From Octopus sinensis (Eukaryota), in NCBI RefSeq assembly GCF_006345805.1, contig NC_043006.1, forward strand, positions 94,364,001-94,428,000: 64,000 bases of DNA, read 5' to 3'. Position 1 is the first letter of the stretch; every line of letters starts with the position of its first letter. Under the pieces are notes generated by a model, which saw only the letters and a program-made list of their open reading frames with translations, was not told the DNA's origin and did no database searches. Shown here one piece after another: positions 52,231-64,000 of the stretch. The translations under genes were made by a program, and so were the position numbers.

Positions 52231-52684
52231 ACTCACACACACACATCCCTGTCTGTATATCCCTTCCTCTCTCTCTTACAAAGTCCCCATCGCTCACTCA
52301 CCCACTCACTCTCTCTCTCTCTCTCTCTCTTCTCACATGTTCGCCCTATTTATCCTATTGCAACGGAAGGCATTAGAAGGCCTTCACTGAAGTTTTATAG
52401 CAAACTTTACATTGGGAAAGAACAGTTGCTTAAATACCCAGGGATTCTTTCACGAAAAACACACAGTTAAGCGCTAACACCCATCACGCTAACAATCAAC
52501 AACAGAGGAGTTAGTAAATGAGGAATACAAAAAGAATTAGGGTACAGACTCCGTAATTGCGGGCGGTGACTGGAAAAGCATAAGAGAAATAATCTCTTAA
52601 TTCAGCTCGTACTGTTGTCTGCTTAGTGTCTGTCACCGATGAGGAGATAATTACTCCGAAATACTAGCATCTCATAGTCTAGGT

Positions 52685-52915
52685 CAAGGGTTCTCAAATA
52701 CTTTTTATCTATGGACCCCTTTGATTACCATTTTTTTCGGTGGACCCCCATAGCCATTTGATGTTTAAAAACTAGTTTAAAAACTGTAATTGCTATTACA
52801 GACCAATGCATATCTAGAGCAAAATTTTTTCATGGTCCCTTAGAATACTATTGTGGACTCCCAATATGATATTTTGTTGCATGGACCCCCAAAAATCATA
52901 TATGTACCCTATATC
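52685..52915. mobile_element. hAT-type MITE (family of 12119), 3'-truncated, without the palindromic insertion
   Basis: caagggttctcaa...tttttatctatggaccc...catagccatt...tttaaaaactagtt. Confidence 0.7.
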
Positions 52916-53531
52916 TTTCTTTCTCTCTCTCTCTCTCTCTCTCTCGCTATATATATATATATATATATAGTTTTATTCTTTTATTTGTTTCAGTCATTTG
53001 ACTGCGGCCATGATGGAGCATCGCCTTTATTTTCTTGAAAACATAAAATCTTCACGAATTTGCGTGTTATTCATGGGTAGGGGATATATATAGTATTAAT
53101 AATCCCTTCTGCTAAAGGTACAAGGCCTGAAATTTGGTGGGAGGAGCCAGTCGATTAGATCAACCCCAGTACACAGTTGGTACTTAATTTATCGACTCCC
53201 GACAGGATGAAAGGCAAAGTCAACGTCGGCGGAATTAGTACTCAGAACGTAACAACGGAAGAAATGCCGCTAAGAATTTCGCCCGGCGTGCTAATGTTAA
53301 AAACAGTTTACAAGGAAATATCTTGATATTTCCTTATAAACTGTTTTAAAAATTTTCTTATTAACATCAAAGAATGTATGTATGTATTGTATGTAATATT
53401 TTGTGACAACCAGTACTTAACACAACAAAGCTTTTACATTTTACTTTTGACAATCTTTTTATCTAAAAAAATGAAACTGGTCAAGTGACTAAACATCTTT
53501 AAAATTGCATTTCCAAATCTTCTTTCATATA

Positions 53532-53601
<70 letters not shown>

Positions 53602-53613
53602 ATTATATATATA

Positions 53614-53680
<67 letters not shown>

Positions 53681-53715
53681 GTATATATACACATATATAT
53701 ATGCATGTATACATA

Positions 53716-53922
53716 CATTAATCCCTCGACTATTGCAGGTGTTACGTTCCAAAACACCCCGCAATAGGTGAAAATCCGCGAAAGAGAAACAGTACTGTAC
53801 TGGATATATTTTTCACTATTTTTCTAATTTGTATATATTAATTTTATTATAAGTGCAAACAACACTGCAGAGGAATCGACGCAAGCTTAAATATTAAACC
53901 ACGATATGGCGAGGGATTACTG
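53716..53922. mobile_element. Tigger/pogo-like MITE
   Basis: TA|CATTAATCCCTCG ... CGAGGGATTACTG. Confidence 0.7.
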
Positions 53923-53928
53923 CATATA

Positions 53929-53995
<67 letters not shown>

Positions 53996-54011
53996 ATGTG
54001 TGTGTGTGGTG

Positions 54012-54042
<31 letters not shown>

Positions 54043-55411
54043 TTGCGTGGTGTGTGTGTGTACGATGGGCTTCCGGACAGTTTCTGTCAACTAAATTCAC
54101 TTACAAGGTCTAGACTATAATGGAAGACACTTGCCCAAGCTGCAGTGCAATGTGACTGAAACACATAGTTTCAAAGCGATGCTCTTAACCACACAGCAAC
54201 GCTGGCGCTTATAAATAAATCAATTTAGTTAATTTATTTATACCAATTTTCTTTTTACAATCTAATTAATTAGTATTACAGCTGCAGAAGGCGGCGAGCT
54301 GGCAGAATCCTTAAGCAGTCTGGGCAAGATGGTTTTTGGCATTTCGTCCGTCTTTATATTCTGAGTTCAAATGCTACCAAAGTCGACTTTGCTTTTCATC
54401 CTTCCGGGGTCAGTAAAATAAACACCAGCTGAGCACTGGGTAGGTGTAATCGACTTACCCCTCCCCCATAATTGCTGGCTTTGTACCAGAATTTGAAACC
54501 GATATTACACGCCTTCAGCGGGGGATGGGGTGGAATTCTGACTCGGAAACACAGGGGAGATATAATGAACTTAGACTCTTGAAACAATTAACACTACATG
54601 ACACAAATTGAAGAATTGCTATATTGGAATTAGACAAGGGATGTGGCGGTGGTGGTGGTGGTGATTTGGGAAGGGGATTGGTGGAGGGGATGGTTCTCTA
54701 GGTAAGATTTGTCAGAGAGTGAGATGGACATTTAGTTAGTATTTCTAGCAGGCCGAGCAACCTCATATATTATTCCTCGTTGGAATACATTCGTAAGAGA
54801 AACAAGCAAAGAGCACCTCCGCAGCGGGAGCTGGTAAAGCGCCCCCGAGGGGTACAGAGGTTTTCCTTGTTATCTGATATGTTGGACAACTTCGAGGTTC
54901 TTTCGTTGTTGTTTGAAACATTAGAGGAGGGAGAGGAGGGGGAGGAGAGAGAGGGGGGAGAGAAAGAGGAAGACAGAATGAGGATGGGGAGGAGAGAACG
55001 GTTGGGGTATTGGGTTGTAAATGATGGGCAAGAAGTCTTTAAGGAAGTGGGGATGGAGGTATGAGAAAAATAAGAGAAATAGGAAAGGTAAATGGTACGA
55101 TGAAGAATGAACATCTGGAACGATCGTCAAGGGAATGAAATGGAAGAGGAAGAGGCAGAAGGAAGAGAGAGAAAGGAAGGGGTGGAAAGAGACTTGCAGG
55201 CGCAAAGAGAGGGTGTTGTGTAGATAGGATGGGAGCGGTGGGAGGGATTGAATAGGATTTACTGAGATGTGGGTCAAAAAGGGAACACATATGTATACAT
55301 ACCTAGACACAAACAGGTTCATATGCCTTCGGATACGCACACACATGCACACACAAACACACACACACACACATACACACACACATACTCTCTCTCTCTC
55401 TCTCACACACT

Positions 55412-55443
<32 letters not shown>

Positions 55444-55459
55444 CATACACACACACATA

Positions 55460-55495
<36 letters not shown>

Positions 55496-56063
55496 ACACA
55501 CACACACACATAAACATAAAAAAGCTCTCTCAGTAACGCTCTGCATACTAAATCCAAACAGTAGAGTCTCACATATATCACTTTACTTTTTATCTTTTAC
55601 GTGTTCTAGTTTTTAGAGCGCGGCCATGCTGGAGCACGCTCGTGATGGATTTAGTCGAACAAATAAACCTCGATGCCTTTTTTTCTGTTCTTTTTTTTAA
55701 AGCTTGGTATTCATTCTGTTGCTCTCCGCTTGCCGAAACGCTAAATTATGTGGACGCGCTGGGATACTAAAGCACACACACACATATGTTAGAAGTCCCG
55801 ATGAAGCAATATGGCGAAACACAAGCACTCAACCGTGACTGCATTGCATCTTTTAGCTAATGACAGCCGGGACATAATTTCTTATTTCTGTGTCATTCTA
55901 ATTTCTCATCAGCTCTGTACTCCACTCTCCCTTCTCTCTCTCTCTCTCTCTCTCACTCTCTCTCTCTTTTGATATAGTCTAATTAGTGTGTTATACAGAG
56001 CAGTACTATACTCTATTTTTGTTCATTTATTTTTAGGCGTGAAAATGCTTATTTTACCACAGA

Positions 56064-56064
<1 letters not shown>

Positions 56065-56094
<30 letters not shown>

Positions 56095-56290
56095 CTTCTT
56101 CTTCTTCTTCTTCTTCTTCTTCTTCTTCTTCTTCTCTTCTTCTCTTCTTCTTCTCCTTCTTCTTCTTCTCTTCTTCTTCTTCTTCTTCTTCCTTCTTCTT
56201 CTTCTTCTTCTCCTTCTTCTTCTTCTTCTTCTCCTTCTTCTTCTTCTTCTTCTCCTTCTTCTTCTTCTTCTTCTCCTTCTTCTTCTTCAG
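56065..56290. repeat. Long (CTT)n microsatellite with periodic CTC interruptions
   Basis: Direct inspection. Confidence 0.95.
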
Positions 56291-57395
56291 GTCACTGCTT
56301 GGAATCGAACCCGGAATCTTGAGGTTTGTAAACTGCGCTCTTAACCGCTACGCCATATGCTCGTGGGCATACATATACCTATCGACCGTAGAAAACGCGC
56401 GATATACTGAGAAGTCAGTGATATAAATTTACATATATTAGCCAGGGAAATCCGCGATGTTTTGAGGGCTCGGTAGGTGAACCGCGATGTGACGAGCGAT
56501 GGCTGTATTATAAGCAGAGGGACTCTGATTACTGACTATCGCTCTAGCATACAGGTGGTCGCGACTTAGGATGAGCCAAATAGCTCGAAACTGTGTCAGT
56601 CTCGCGGTCCTGATACCTGCTAGAGGTTGGTATGGGTTCGTCCCCCGCTCCTGCTAACAGTATACTGTGTAATAAGGGTGCAGAGTCGCTGGTGGAGAAT
56701 CTGCCTGGGGTTAAACTAGTAGCAACATTCAACAGCCACTTTGATGCGACCATTGGCTTCACTGTTCGTGAGTTTTTATAACTAGCCAGTTTGCGTATGT
56801 GTGTGTGTATGTGTGTATGTGTGTGTTTGTCTGTGTGTGTGTACGTGTGTGCGTCTTTATGTCTGTGTTTGTCCTCCTATCCCCGCTTGACAACCGGTGT
56901 TGTTGTGTTTTCGTCCCCGTGACATAGGAACCGACAGAATAAGTAGCAGGCTTATAAAATAAGTCTGAGGTGGGGGTGATGTGCTCGACTAAATCCCTTC
57001 AAGGTGGTGCTCTAGCACGGCCGCTATCGAATGATTGAACAAGTAAAAGAATAAAAGAATAAAGATAGTGATCGAGAGACAACTCAAAAGAAAAGTGGTG
57101 GAACTTAAAGATTAAAACAGCCAACAAGTTAAAAGGACCGGTCAGTTATTGTTGTGTGGAACCACAAGGAAAAGATATATTCCGGACACCAATGTGGTTA
57201 GGAAAATATAAGAGTAAGAAGACGTCTATTCTTTTATTCTTTTATTTGTTAACTGCGGCCATGCTGGAGCACCGCCTTTTAGTGGAGCAAATCGACCTCA
57301 GGAATTATTCTTTGTAAGCCTAGTACTTATTCTATCGGTCTCTTTGGCCGAACCGCTACGTTACAGGGACGTAAACAGCAGCAGATTTTTTAATT

Positions 57396-57590
57396 AATTT
57401 GTTTTAACCAAACAGTTTGAAACTTCGAATACTGGTAGAATTTCTCACGTAGAACACAGTTTACTCTGAACGTTTTTGACAAAATTTCGTATTTTAGAAA
57501 TTATTTTGTTGTTAAAGTTGTATTTGGACAATTTCAACCAATCAACAACGTATTCGAAATTTCAAAATGTTTAGTTAAAAAAATAAATTT
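57396..57590. mobile_element. MITE with ~38-bp imperfect TIRs
   Basis: aatttgttttaaccaaacagtttgaaacttcgaatac versus gtattcgaaatttcaaaatgtttagttaaaaaaataaattt. Confidence 0.6.
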
Positions 57591-57605
57591 AAAAATCTGT
57601 GATTG

Positions 57606-57790
57606 AGATGGAATAGATCCATTCACCTTCAGATTCATACTTATTATTCTTGGAGCAACAGGATACATACCAGGCTGTCTGGAGCAAAGTGTTGGGAATT
57701 TAGGATACTGGGGATAGAACACAAATCCTTAATTCATATGCTACAAATAATCGCCATATCTGGGGCTATAAAAATCTGCAAGAATAATGA
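57606..57790 (+). pseudogene. C-terminal fragment of a restriction-like-endonuclease non-LTR retrotransposon (R4/NeSL-like)
   Basis: Frameshifted IILGATGYIPGCLEQSVGNLGY...LIHMLQIIAISGAIKICK resembles the PxxxGALG...LQ..A..GT.KI end of the RLE domain. Confidence 0.5.
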
Positions 57791-58266
57791 GCTAAACAGG
57801 ATGCTTTCCTTCACAACCCTGCTACCAAGTAGGTGGCCGGTCGAAATTTATTCTAAATTAAAAAGACATAGAGAACACACGAGCGCGCGCGCACACACAC
57901 ACATACGTGATGGCTGCATATCAATTTTCAGCAACGCTATCGATAGCTCTCTTAGTACAGAGCAGTGCATATGCGCCTTTTTAGTCCTCCCAAAGACCTG
58001 GACTCTTTTACAAACATATGGCAATGATGGAAGCCTCCTGCAGTAGGTGTTTAGAGAGCTTACCACTAACATGTCTTTATTCTTTTTCGATTACGCCGAC
58101 CAGAGTGTGTGACACATGATAGAGTTGCCAATAGAAAAGTTAAAAATAAAATTAACCGTTATTTGTGCCAGAAGCACATATATGCACACACATATATATA
58201 TTTACATATAACATATATATATATATACATACAAACATGCATACATACATGTGCGTGTGTGTGTGA

Positions 58267-58312
<46 letters not shown>

Positions 58313-58356
58313 GTATATATATAATGTATGTATATATATATATATATATATATATA

Positions 58357-58636
58357 ACCTTGATCACCTTGACCGACCAGTCCGTCAGGCGTCTATTTGA
58401 CACCGCTGGTCACAGCACGCTGTCCACTCCTCTCTGGATCGCGCCTTTCTCATCCACGTGGTCCCAATCGTCCTCCTGAAATCGTTACTCCACCGTCTTG
58501 GAGGTCTTCCGGGTGGTCGTTTTCGCTCGCGCGGGTACCACTCGACAACTGCGCGGGTCCACCGATAATCGGTGAGCCGGGCGACGTGTCCAGCCCATCT
58601 AAACTTGCTGCGTGTATACTCTGCGATGACAACCCT
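58357..58636 (-). mobile_element. RTE-clade LINE 3' fragment
   Basis: SKFRWAGHVARLTDYRWTRAVVEWYPRERKRPPGRPPRRWSND...W...AR.R..W, then stop and short tail tcaaggtgatcaagg. Confidence 0.9.
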
Positions 58637-58652
58637 CACACACACATATATA

Positions 58653-59215
58653 TCTCTTATTATAATATTATATAAAATCCGTTCTGTCTGTGTGTGTGTC
58701 TTTTAGGATCTCGGGCATTCTCCATCCGATTGCGCTCAAATTTGATATGTAGATGCCGACGGTATCAGGGTGTGTATAAGTCTTGAAAAAATTACAAAAA
58801 TCGATTCCAGGTGAGAATGCGATCGATAAAGCCGTTTTTGTCCTGCTTTTCTTCCGTCAACCTGTACATAACTGCACCTTCCATTTTTTGTTGTTTTTGT
58901 ACTGCTTAAAGGCACTTTTCTTTCCTGCCAAGCTTACTGTTTAAACCATGTTTGTGTTCTCCCAGTCAACAACCTTATCATTAATGGTACTTTAAACTCT
59001 TCGGCTGCATATTTGTGTGAATAAAATCATTTTTCTTTGGAATAGAAAAAAAAGTCTGTGTTTATTTCTTCCTTTGCTGGTGTCTCAAATGTAGGTTAAA
59101 TCAGTGTTTCTCAAAGGGGAGGCATATGGGACGGTCGGACAAGGTATTTTGAGAAAATTTGGTTTAAATGTTTGACAACTCAGCACCGTCCATTGGACAG
59201 GGGGCGTTTTGCTCG
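58653..59215 (+). mobile_element. Helitron-like non-autonomous element, family H3
   Basis: A|TC start; GTCCA-T-TGGAC hairpin and CTCG|T end; both ends match 62933-63345 in reverse complement. Confidence 0.6.
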
Positions 59216-60878
59216 TATATATATATATATATAAGTTAGAGAAAAATCACTATTATGTAATTCAACACTGATAGACATAAACCAAATCATAAAGAAAAAA
59301 TAAAATATATTATAAAACATATATCTAGATCACAAAAAGTTAAAAAAATACATAAACAATACATATAATATATATTGAAGAATTTTAGTCGAACGAATCA
59401 GCCCAAGTATTTATATTTTAAAGTCGTGTAGTTACTCAAATGCCTCTGAGTCAAATTGCTAAGTTACAGGAACGTAAACAAACCAATACCTGTTGTCAAG
59501 TGGTGGTAGAGAACAAACACACATGCGCACGCGCGCATGCAACAAACTTCTTTCTGTTTCCGTTTGACAAATCCACACAAGGCTTTTGTTGACACGAGGT
59601 TATAGTAGAAGACACTTGCGCAAGGGGTGGGATCGAACGCAGAGTCATGTGACTAGGAAACAAACTCCTTATCACGAAGCCACGACAATCACTGTCGATA
59701 ATATTTAGGAATAAGTTTTATATATACACGCGCACACAAACATATGTACAGCGAAGGAAGAACTACGGACGAGATTGTTCAAACAAACGACCACACATCA
59801 CCTGATCATTGTTGGAGGCAATAACATCACCGGAAGTAGTCGTTACAAAAAGGAAACAACAGGAAACTTCCTGGAAATGTTGCAAACCAAAGCTTCTGAT
59901 TAAAATATTGGAAGACACATGTAGTATTTGTAGAGTTGTTTAATAAAGATGGTGATGAGCCGGAAACAGAACATGACCAGGAACTAAAGAGAAAACCATT
60001 TTTATATCTTTGACTGAAACACTAAATTACAAGTCCAAATATACTAAAACTCTCTCACAGCAGTTTCCAAAGTTTTAATCATAATAATGTCGCAATGAAA
60101 ACTAATGTACGGAATGAGACGACTGGGCGCAGCTGTTTGGACGTTGAGGATTTGGCACTGTTAGCCAGACATTGAATCTCTTTTGTTGACACTCCTTTTT
60201 GGCACTGGGAGAAAACACACACACCCAGAGAAAGAGTGAGTGAGAGAGCGAAAGAGAGAAAAAGAGACAGAGAGACGGAGGGAGGGGGAGAGAACGAGAG
60301 AAACATTAAAACGTATGATGTCAAATAAGTTAGCCAACGTCGAATCATCGATACGAAAGGGGCAGCGCTAAGACAGCCGTGGATATATGTCTCATACCCA
60401 CTCATGTAGAACCTCGTTACGATATCCCAACCATTTCCCCCCAAAGGAACAGAGGTACTGCAAAAGAGTGTTTGCCTTAAATGTCAATTACTGATCAGTA
60501 AACTCAGAAAAGAAGTTTATAGAAGGAGAAGCAATAGCCTGATTATAACACGGATTGGCAAAAAGAAGGCTTTCTTCACACGAGAAACAGAAATATTTGT
60601 TTATGAAAAACACAACACCAGACATAGAACACACCATTCACAGATGACAAATAATTCCGCAGACGCACAAAAAGTAGGATTTAAAAATAAGAAACCACAT
60701 TTCCTCCAGTACGGACGGCCTCAATACGTATGCTGTCAGTAATATATAATTACAAAACACCGCAACAGATAGTATACGGACTTAATACATGAATTATTGA
60801 GATTTGAAATAGAAATATGCACCTGCGCTACTTCGAAGACAGAAAGTTAGCGACGAAAATGCGCATCCTTTTAGAGAA

Positions 60879-60948
<70 letters not shown>

Positions 60949-61622
60949 AATGAAAATTAAATAAGTAGGTATAAATGAATTAGAAAGAGTGTTATATACA
61001 AAGAAAAGTGAAAGAAAACTAGGAAGGAGTATTTTATAGGAAGTTGATCAATATTTAAGATAGAGTTAAATACTAAAGAAAAAAGGTAACAGCCTATAAA
61101 ACTTGCAATAAAATATATTTACAATAATCTTAATTGGACGCTAAATGAATTAGGAAGGCAAAAGAGACAAAAGAAAATAATGATAGCATTTAGAATATAC
61201 TACACAAGCCTGACATAGAAAGAATATATGTATCGGGGATACAAAATGGTATTGTCTGTACCATCGCGATTATAAAACTATTATAAAGTATTTTGTTGTA
61301 TCTCGGGAGAGTCATTTAGCCAATAATAAATACACACACTGGTTCTATTTTACTTCTTCTTTTCAGTATGTTAGTTTGATAATGTTTACAGCGCCAGTGC
61401 TGCTTCTAATTTTTACCTGAATTTATTTTTTCGTAACCATCGTCGGGGAATACCATAAAAATGGTTTTTACGTATACGCATATAGTCATGGACTGGCGAT
61501 GCTGTTCACTTCCAATTTGATTCAGGCACGTGATATTGATAAGCCACAAAAATGGCTAACATCGATGATCATCATCCCTGAATGGGATTTAGCGAGAGTT
61601 GTTTTAATACCCGGCACTTTGA

Positions 61623-62300
61623 AAGAAGCTGGACAAGTGGGTACCACACGAACTGAACGAGCATCAAAAGACACATTGTCTTGAAACTAGCTGTTCTTTG
61701 CTGTCACGGCATAAAAGCGAAACATTTTTGCATCGTATTGTCACGTGTGATGAAAAATGGATTCTTTTTAACAATAGCAGTCGTTCTGAACGGTGGTTGG
61801 ATAGAGATTAAGTACCAGAACAATCCAAAAAAGAATATACACCAAAAAGAGCTAATGGTGTCTGTTTGGTGATCCAGCGCTGGTGTCATCCACTACAGCT
61901 TCATGAGAGCTGGTAAGTCAATTACAGCGGATGTATATATAAACCAAGTGGATGAAATTATGAGTGAACTTCCAATTAAACATCCAAAATTGGTCAATAG
62001 AGACAGGCCAATTGTCTTGCAAGACAAGTGCTTGACCACATGTTGTACAAAGAACACTATTCAAGTTACAGGAACTTAACTTGGAAGTACTCTGTCATCC
62101 ACCATATTCACCAGACCTTGCATCAACTGACCATCACATTTTCCAAGCATTAGACAACTTTTTGCAACGAAAAAAACTTCAAATCTGAAGAAGATGCAAA
62201 AACAGCCTTTCGTGATTTCATCACCTTTTGCTCTCCAGAATTCTTCACTGCCAGCATAAATAAGCTACCGATAAAATGGCAGAACTGTGTTGATCATTTA
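61623..62300 (+). pseudogene. Decayed mariner (DD34D-type) transposase
   Basis: KLDKWVPHEL, IVTCDEKWI, LMVSVW, LQD..PH, HPPYSPDLASTD, KWQNCVD motifs with stops and frameshifts. The element probably spans ~61230-62380. Confidence 0.9.
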
Positions 62301-62785
62301 TGCTTTGATTCACTGCATTGCTTTTTGTCGAGGTAAAGTAAAATAAACTTTCAGTTCAAAATTGGACAGATCATTCTCCCTATAACATTAAGAGACACGC
62401 AGTTTACTCACACATACACATATAAACAGCCAACACTACACAAACACCACGCACACAACACACGCACACACACCTGCGCGCACGCACATACCCACACATA
62501 CACACACATACTTCCTTCTCTCTAACACTCCTGTCTTAGAAATAACTTTGTTTTTCACCCATTTCATTCCCGTCATTTCAAACTGGAACCACGTCTGAGT
62601 CGTTTGCGATTTTTTTCTTCCCTCTTCCTTTTCTCTCGGACTTTCCTTCCCTGTGCCTCTGCTAAGATTTTGCATGCTCGCGTTGTTTTTTTCTTTTTTT
62701 TGCTTGTTTATTCTTCGTTGAATCGCTAGCTTCTGCACGCATTTTTTCTCTCTCCTTGTTTCTCTCCGTGTTTCTTTTCTGTGTA

Positions 62786-62823
62786 TCTTTCTGTTGAAGA
62801 GCGTAGGCTCGAAACGTAAAAGA
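62786..62823 (+). ncRNA. Minimal hammerhead fold with U at core position 6
   Basis: UCUUU-CUGUUGA-A-GAGC(GUAG)GCUC-GAAAC-GUA-AAAGA; palindromic ACGU stem III. Confidence 0.55.
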
Positions 62824-62932
62824 CTTGTTTTATTTATATTCCTGAGCGCCATACTAATACAATTGTTTGTTTGTACTGCACCTGCCTTCGTCTTTTATTT
62901 ATTTTCATAAAGCTTCCCGTTATACATATATA

Positions 62933-63345
62933 CGAGCAAAACGCCCCACGTCCAATGGACGGTGCTGAGTTGTCAAACATTTAAGCCAAATTTTCTCAAA
63001 ACAACTTGTCCGACCGTCCCATAGGCATCCCATGTGAGAAACAGTGATTTAACTTTGAGACACCACACAGGCCGGCTTCTTTTGCGCAAACTGCACGTGC
63101 ACTTTTTCTTGCGTGCGCATAGTATCGATCGCAACAGCTGATGTACTTGTGCGTAGAAATGCACGTTCCCACAGCTTTATCGATCGCATTCTCGCCTGGA
63201 ATCGAATTTTGTAATATCTTCAAGACTTTACACGCCTTGATACTGTCGGTATCTACATATCAAATTTGAGCGCAATCGGATGGAGGATGCCCGAGATCCT
63301 AGAAGACACAGACAGACAGAACAGATTTTATATAATATATATATA
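62933..63345 (-). mobile_element. Helitron-like family H3, second copy
   Basis: Reverse complement of both ends of 58653-59215; internal part differs. Confidence 0.6.
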
Positions 63346-63427
63346 AACATATAAAGTTAATCCAAACATGAAAACACAAAGAGAAAACACGAGGACGTGG
63401 AACAAGTATAGGAAAGGAAAGAAGGAG

Positions 63428-63465
63428 AATTTAACGTTTCGAGCGGAGCTCTTCGTCAGAAACAT
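63428..63465 (-). ncRNA. Minimal hammerhead fold with canonical core and weak stem I
   Basis: GUUU-CUGACGA-A-GAGC(UCC)GCUC-GAAAC-GUU-AAAU. Confidence 0.55.
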
Positions 63466-63597
63466 AGATAAAGGAAAGATCCAAGGAAGGGAAGACGGAG
63501 GGAAAAAATCGCCAACGATTCACACGCGGTCACATATACACACACACATACACAGACGCACACACACATACACACACACAAACACACACACATATAC

Positions 63598-63920
63598 TCT
63601 TTTACTTGTTTCAGCCATTTGATAGTGGCCATGCCGGAGCACCACTTTCGTCGAACAAATCGACTCCAGGACTTATTCTTTGTAAGCCTAGTACTTATTC
63701 TATCGGTCATACTTGCCGAACTGCTATGTTACGAAAACACATACACACACATACACATACATATATATACATATACGACGGGTTTCTTTCAGTTTCCGTC
63801 TACCAAATCTACTCACAAGGCTTTGGTTGGCCTAAGGCTTTATATAGACACTTGCCGAAGGTGCCACAGAGACCATGTGGTTGGTAAGCAAGCTTCTTAC
63901 CACACAGCCACTCCTGCACC
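63598..63920 (-). mobile_element. SINE family A with internal deletions
   Basis: Reverse complement of tail, body and head. Confidence 0.85.
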
Positions 63921-63960
63921 TATTAATGAGTCTGTGAGTGCATGTATGAGTGTGTGCGTG

Positions 63961-64000
<40 letters not shown>

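Noticed and set aside
54770-55270. Purine-rich block, possibly the upstream ORF of a pyrimidine-rich PLE on the minus strand
   Set aside because: Composition resembles 34204-34545, but no diagnostic motif survives.
55797-55825. CCGATGAAGC-AATATG-GCGAAAC hammerhead-like motif
   Set aside because: No stem I or stem III partner and no NUH site could be found.
60079-60444. 121-aa minus-strand ORF
   Set aside because: It runs through a (CT)n tract and has no recognisable domain.

Overview
Repeat-saturated, AT-rich eukaryotic non-coding DNA. The SINE families and microsatellite load resemble Octopus/cephalopod genomic sequence; this is inferred from pattern recognition, not a database search. I recognised no host gene exon, and nearly all ORFs in the track are translations of microsatellites or SINEs. 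The window holds three or four tRNA-derived SINE families, non-autonomous Helitrons, hAT, piggyBac and Tigger-type MITEs, decayed CR1, RTE and RLE-type LINE fragments, Penelope-like element (PLE) fragments, a decayed DD34D mariner, and one 100-N scaffold gap. Most notable: (1) a three-copy ~445-451 bp tandem repeat whose units each carry a type I hammerhead ribozyme fold (retrozyme-like); (2) several unrelated hammerhead folds, including a G3:C8 core-swapped variant inside a 280-bp palindrome and a family with U at core position 6; (3) an uninterrupted DD39D (plant-mariner/Guest-type) transposase frame followed by a 71-bp-stem hairpin. Coordinates were counted by hand, and boundaries of decayed repeats are approximate.
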